From positions 50,635-114,634 of the forward strand of contig SMWF01000003.1 of assembly GCA_004357385.1 (NCBI GenBank): 64,000 bases of DNA, in the 5' to 3' direction. Under the pieces are notes generated by a model, which had not been told where the DNA came from, did not search any database, and worked only from the letters and a program-made list of their open reading frames with translations. The DNA comes from Gammaproteobacteria bacterium (GTDB lineage: Bacteria; Pseudomonadota; Gammaproteobacteria; Pseudomonadales; Azotimanducaceae). This document shows positions 60,846 through 64,000 of this stretch, in pieces. The first letter of the stretch is position 1, and each line of letters opens with the position of its first letter. The translations under genes were made by a program, and so were the position numbers.

Positions 60846-61955
60846 TCAGGCAGCGATGCGGTATGGCTTCAACCGCAGGCCGAGCGCTTCGGCCACGGCT
60901 TCGTGTGTAACACGGCCGGCGTGCACGTTCAGCCCGGCACGCAGGTGCGCGTCTTCACACAACGCCTTGATGCCTTGGTCCGCCAATGCCAGGACGTAGG
61001 GCAGCGTCACGTTGTTCAGGGCCAGCGCCGAAGTGTGTGCAACCGCGCCCGGCATGTTGGTCACGCAGTAGTGCACCACGCCTTCCTCAACATAAGTTGG
61101 CTCCGCATGAGTGGTCGGCCGGCTGGTCTCGAAGCAGCCCCCCTGATCGATCGCGATGTCCACGAGAACCGATCCGTTGTGCATCGACTTGACCATCTCG
61201 CGGGTCACCAGTTTCGGCGCGGAAGCACCCGGTACGAGCACCGCTCCGATCACCAGATCGGCGCCAAGTACGTGCTCGCGGACCGACTCTGCGTTCGCCA
61301 TGACCGTTGTCAATGCCGGACCGAAGTGATCCGCCAACCAGCGCATCCGCTCGACCGACTTTTCCAGCACCGTCACGTTGGCCTGCATCCCCAACGCGAT
61401 CTGCGCCGCATTGGTACCGGCGACACCGCCGCCGAGAATCACCACCCGGGCGGGCGCCACTCCGGGCACGCCGCCAAGCAGCTTGCCCATGCCGCCCGCT
61501 TCTTTTTCGAGACCACGTGCGCCCACCTGAACGGACATTCGGCCGGCCACCTCGCTCATCGGCGCAAGCAGAGGCAGCCCGCCGCCCTCGGCAGTAACCG
61601 TTTCGTAAGCGATCGCGCTGGCACCGGAACGCATCAGCGCTTCCGTCTGAAGCCGGTCCGCCGCCAGATGAAGATAGGTAAACAGAATCTGGCCGTCGCG
61701 CAACAGCGCGCACTCGGGTAGCTGCGGTTCCTTGACCTTCACGATCATGTCCGCCGCGTCGAACACCTGCTTCGGATGCGCCACGATCCGCGCCCCGACG
61801 CGTTGGTAATCGGCGTCGGAGAACCCAATGCCCGCGCCGGCGTCCGTCTCGACGATGACCTGGTGACCACGCGCCGTCAGTTCAGCGACCGAGCCTGGGG
61901 TCAACCCCACGCGGTACTCGTGAACCTTGATTTCCTTTGGCACTCCGACGCGCAT
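60846..61955 (-). CDS. ald: Alanine dehydrogenase
   Basis: MRVGVPKEIKVHEYRVGLTP N-terminus and the NAD motif VVILGGGVAGTNAA. GGAG lies 9 nt upstream of the ATG at 61955. The track's upstream extension is rejected. Confidence 0.93.
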   Translation of the reverse strand: MRVGVPKEIKVHEYRVGLTPGSVAELTARGHQVIVETDAGAGIGFSDADYQRVGARIVAHPKQVFDAADMIVKVKEPQLPECALLRDGQILFTYLHLAADRLQTEALMRSGASAIAYETVTAEGGGLPLLAPMSEVAGRMSVQVGARGLEKEAGGMGKLLGGVPGVAPARVVILGGGVAGTNAAQIALGMQANVTVLEKSVERMRWLADHFGPALTTVMANAESVREHVLGADLVIGAVLVPGASAPKLVTREMVKSMHNGSVLVDIAIDQGGCFETSRPTTHAEPTYVEEGVVHYCVTNMPGAVAHTSALALNNVTLPYVLALADQGIKALCEDAHLRAGLNVHAGRVTHEAVAEALGLRLKPYRIAA

Positions 61956-62081
61956 CTTCGTCGCTCCGACAGGTACGTTTCCAATGACACACAGGTTAGC
62001 GCCGGGGGCGCGGAGATTCCTTGCGATTTCCACATAGAAATCGTACATTCATGCATGTTTACGTGTATTTTATTGAAATAA

Positions 62082-62564
62082 TTGAAAGATTTCACCGATT
62101 TGGATCGATCTGACCGAGCAATCCTCCACGAGCTTCAGCTCGATGGCCGCCTGACCAACGCCGCACTCGCCGAACGCATCAACCTCTCCGAATCCGCCTG
62201 CCTGAGGCGGGTCCGGCAGCTTGAACAGAGCGGCTTGATCCGCGGTTATGTCGGGCTGGTGGACCAATCCTCAGTCGGGTATCCGGACAACGTGTACGTG
62301 CAGGTCACCCTGACCGGCCAGCAACAGGACGATCTAGCCGCCTTCGAAGCGGCCGTCAAGGAAATACCCGAGGTCATGGAGTGCTATCTGATGTCCGGGG
62401 AGGCGGACTACATTTTGCGCGTCATCGTCGCCGATGCGCGCGATTACGAACGCATTCACGCCGGTTCGCTCACCCGCCTGCCAAACGTGTCACGGGTGCA
62501 CTCGAGTTTCGCGCTGCGCACGGTCATCAAAAAGACCGAACTGCCGATAAGGCCGCTTACTTAG
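62082..62564 (+). CDS. Lrp/AsnC-family transcriptional regulator (divergent from ald)
   Basis: HTH_AsnC plus RAM domains. Paralogous to the regulator at 49067. AT-rich divergent spacer shared with ald. Confidence 0.9.
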   Translation: MKDFTDLDRSDRAILHELQLDGRLTNAALAERINLSESACLRRVRQLEQSGLIRGYVGLVDQSSVGYPDNVYVQVTLTGQQQDDLAAFEAAVKEIPEVMECYLMSGEADYILRVIVADARDYERIHAGSLTRLPNVSRVHSSFALRTVIKKTELPIRPLT

Positions 62565-62618
62565 GTTGGATGCCGGATTCAAAGACCTGCTGCTCTTGGG
62601 ACACGCTCGGGGTCCGAG

Positions 62619-63428
62619 TCAGATCAGCTCGGCGGCTTCGAGGTTGAACTCTTCCATCACGAGGTGTGCGTGATCGATTCGGCCGGTGAGTTCCTGTGGG
62701 TTCCCGTGCACCAGGCGTAAACAGCACTCGGCCATGTGCTCCACCGGAGTCACCATGTCCTTGGTCTGCTCGTTGATGAGTTTGTGGTGTATCACGCCGG
62801 GGGTGGCCACCAGTCCGGGTGAAATCACATTCACGCCAATGCCGTCGTCGTAGGTTTCCTGGGCAAGTCCGGTAGTAAATCGTTCCAACGCCGCCTTGCA
62901 CATGCCGTACACGGTGCCGCCGCGTCCGCTAACGGTCTTGTCGGGGTGAATCGCAGCACCGGAGGATACGTTCAAGATCCAGCCGCGACCGCGCTCCCTC
63001 ATCCCGGGTAATACCAGCTGCGCGAGTTGAAAGGGCGCGACGACCTGAACTTCCATCATCAGCCGGAAGCGCTTTTCTGAAAACTCAGAGACCGGAATGA
63101 AATAGGTGATCGCCGCATTGTTCACCAGGATGTCGACGCAGCCAAACGCATCCTGTGTGGTTTTAATGAGCTGGCGACGATCCGCCTCGACCGCGAGATC
63201 CGCACGGACCGCCAGCGCTTCGCCGCCGGCTTCGTTGATGTGCGCGACCGTTTCGTGAATCGTACCCGGCAGGTAGTGGTCGTCCGGCACCTCCGTGCGA
63301 GCCGAAACCACGACCTTCGCGCCCTCCATCGCAAAACGCCGCGCGATCGCCTCCCCGATCCCCCGACTCGCGCCGGTGACCACGGCCACCTGGCCAGCGA
63401 GCAGGCCGTTTCTGTTGATCGAAGTCAA
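62619..63428 (-). CDS. SDR-family oxidoreductase
   Basis: Cofactor motif VTGASRGIG, NNAA, and the catalytic YGMCK. Start re-placed at the TTG at 63428, with AGGAG 7 nt upstream. Confidence 0.85.
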   Translation of the reverse strand: MTSINRNGLLAGQVAVVTGASRGIGEAIARRFAMEGAKVVVSARTEVPDDHYLPGTIHETVAHINEAGGEALAVRADLAVEADRRQLIKTTQDAFGCVDILVNNAAITYFIPVSEFSEKRFRLMMEVQVVAPFQLAQLVLPGMRERGRGWILNVSSGAAIHPDKTVSGRGGTVYGMCKAALERFTTGLAQETYDDGIGVNVISPGLVATPGVIHHKLINEQTKDMVTPVEHMAECCLRLVHGNPQELTGRIDHAHLVMEEFNLEAAELI

Positions 63429-63518
63429 TGCAACGCTCCTGCAGGCCCCTCCAAGGACGGCCTCGATCATACAATGTTGACCGCGCTATCATTGAATCGC
63501 ACCTTTTCAGGGTCCGGA

Positions 63519-64000
63519 ATGCTCAGACTCCCACTCACGATGGGCCTCGCGCTGGTGCTATCTGTAACAATCGCGCACGCCGCAAAAACGACCTTCGGCA
63601 CCAGCGAAGCGGAGCAATGCTACCGCGAGGCCCTGAGCCCGGCCCGCGCCACGGGCACCCGGGTGTGTACCCAAGCCATCGAGAAGGGCCAACTGACTAC
63701 CCGCGATCTCGCCGCCAGCTACACCAATCGCGGCGTAATCTGGGCCCGGACTGGCGAGATCGAAAAGGCGCTCGCCGATCACAACAAGGCCCTCGAGCTG
63801 AACCCGGATTCGATTGGCGGGTTGATCAACCGTGCCAATGCGCACTCGCGCGATCAGAACTACCACGATGCGCTACTGGACTACGACCGGGCGATCGAAT
63901 TATCCGGCGCCGCGTTCGCCCCCGCCCTGTTCAACCGGGGCTGGGTGTACCGTGCGATCGACGACGATAAAACGGCTTTGAAGGATTTCCAGGCCGCGCT
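63519..64000 (+). CDS. Secreted TPR-repeat protein (partial; runs off the window)
   Basis: Hand-translated open frame with no stop before the window end. Signal peptide MLRLPLTMGLALVLSVTIAHA, then TPR-like repeats (YTNRGVIWARTGEIEKALADHNKALELNP...). It is absent from the ORF track because it lacks a stop codon. Confidence 0.7.
   Translation, partial: MLRLPLTMGLALVLSVTIAHAAKTTFGTSEAEQCYREALSPARATGTRVCTQAIEKGQLTTRDLAASYTNRGVIWARTGEIEKALADHNKALELNPDSIGGLINRANAHSRDQNYHDALLDYDRAIELSGAAFAPALFNRGWVYRAIDDDKTALKDFQAA

Noticed and set aside
63428-63970. The 180-aa plus-strand track ORF (MQRSCRPLQGRPRS…).
   Set aside because: It is in the wrong frame. A different frame starting at 63519 encodes a signal peptide plus TPR repeats and stays open to the window end.

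Overview
High-GC (about 62-63%) gammaproteobacterial chromosome, and almost all of it is core housekeeping. The gene order matches well-known enterobacterial and Pseudomonas blocks: yrfG-hslR-pckA; gshA-acpH; trxA-rho; algZ-algR-hemC-hemD-hemX-hemY; argH; lptM-lysA-dapF-yigA-xerC-yigB; thrC; TorF-like porin-glnK-amtB behind a sigma-54 promoter; ubiK-comM. The last third is catabolic: isovaleryl-CoA dehydrogenase, a fused indolepyruvate:ferredoxin oxidoreductase with an Lrp regulator, methylcrotonyl-CoA carboxylase beta/alpha, a glutamine-synthetase-like enzyme, and an agmatinase-family enzyme with two class-III aminotransferases, alanine dehydrogenase and a second Lrp regulator. I found no rRNA, tRNA, CRISPR array, IS element, prophage or recognisable defence island, and no convincing large novel multi-gene system. 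The least explained stretch is a 750-bp gene-free spacer between two convergent genes (3331-4080). It holds a near-consensus LexA box embedded in an 82-bp palindrome. On the minus strand downstream of the box lies a 35-37 aa single-helix hydrophobic ORF. This could be an SOS-controlled small toxin or sRNA locus, but that is a hypothesis only. Other oddities: an orphan ParA-like ATPase; a choice-of-anchor-B gene that has lost its signal peptide; a perfect 24-bp tandem repeat in the hemY 3' end; a carboxylase operon with VOC and DUF4336 genes where a hydratase would be expected; and two uncharacterised proteins at the end of the amine-catabolism operon. Many long ORFs in the supplied track are antisense shadows typical of high-GC DNA and were rejected. 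Several true starts lie downstream of the track starts and were re-placed using family N-termini, Shine-Dalgarno (SD) sites and start/stop overlaps.
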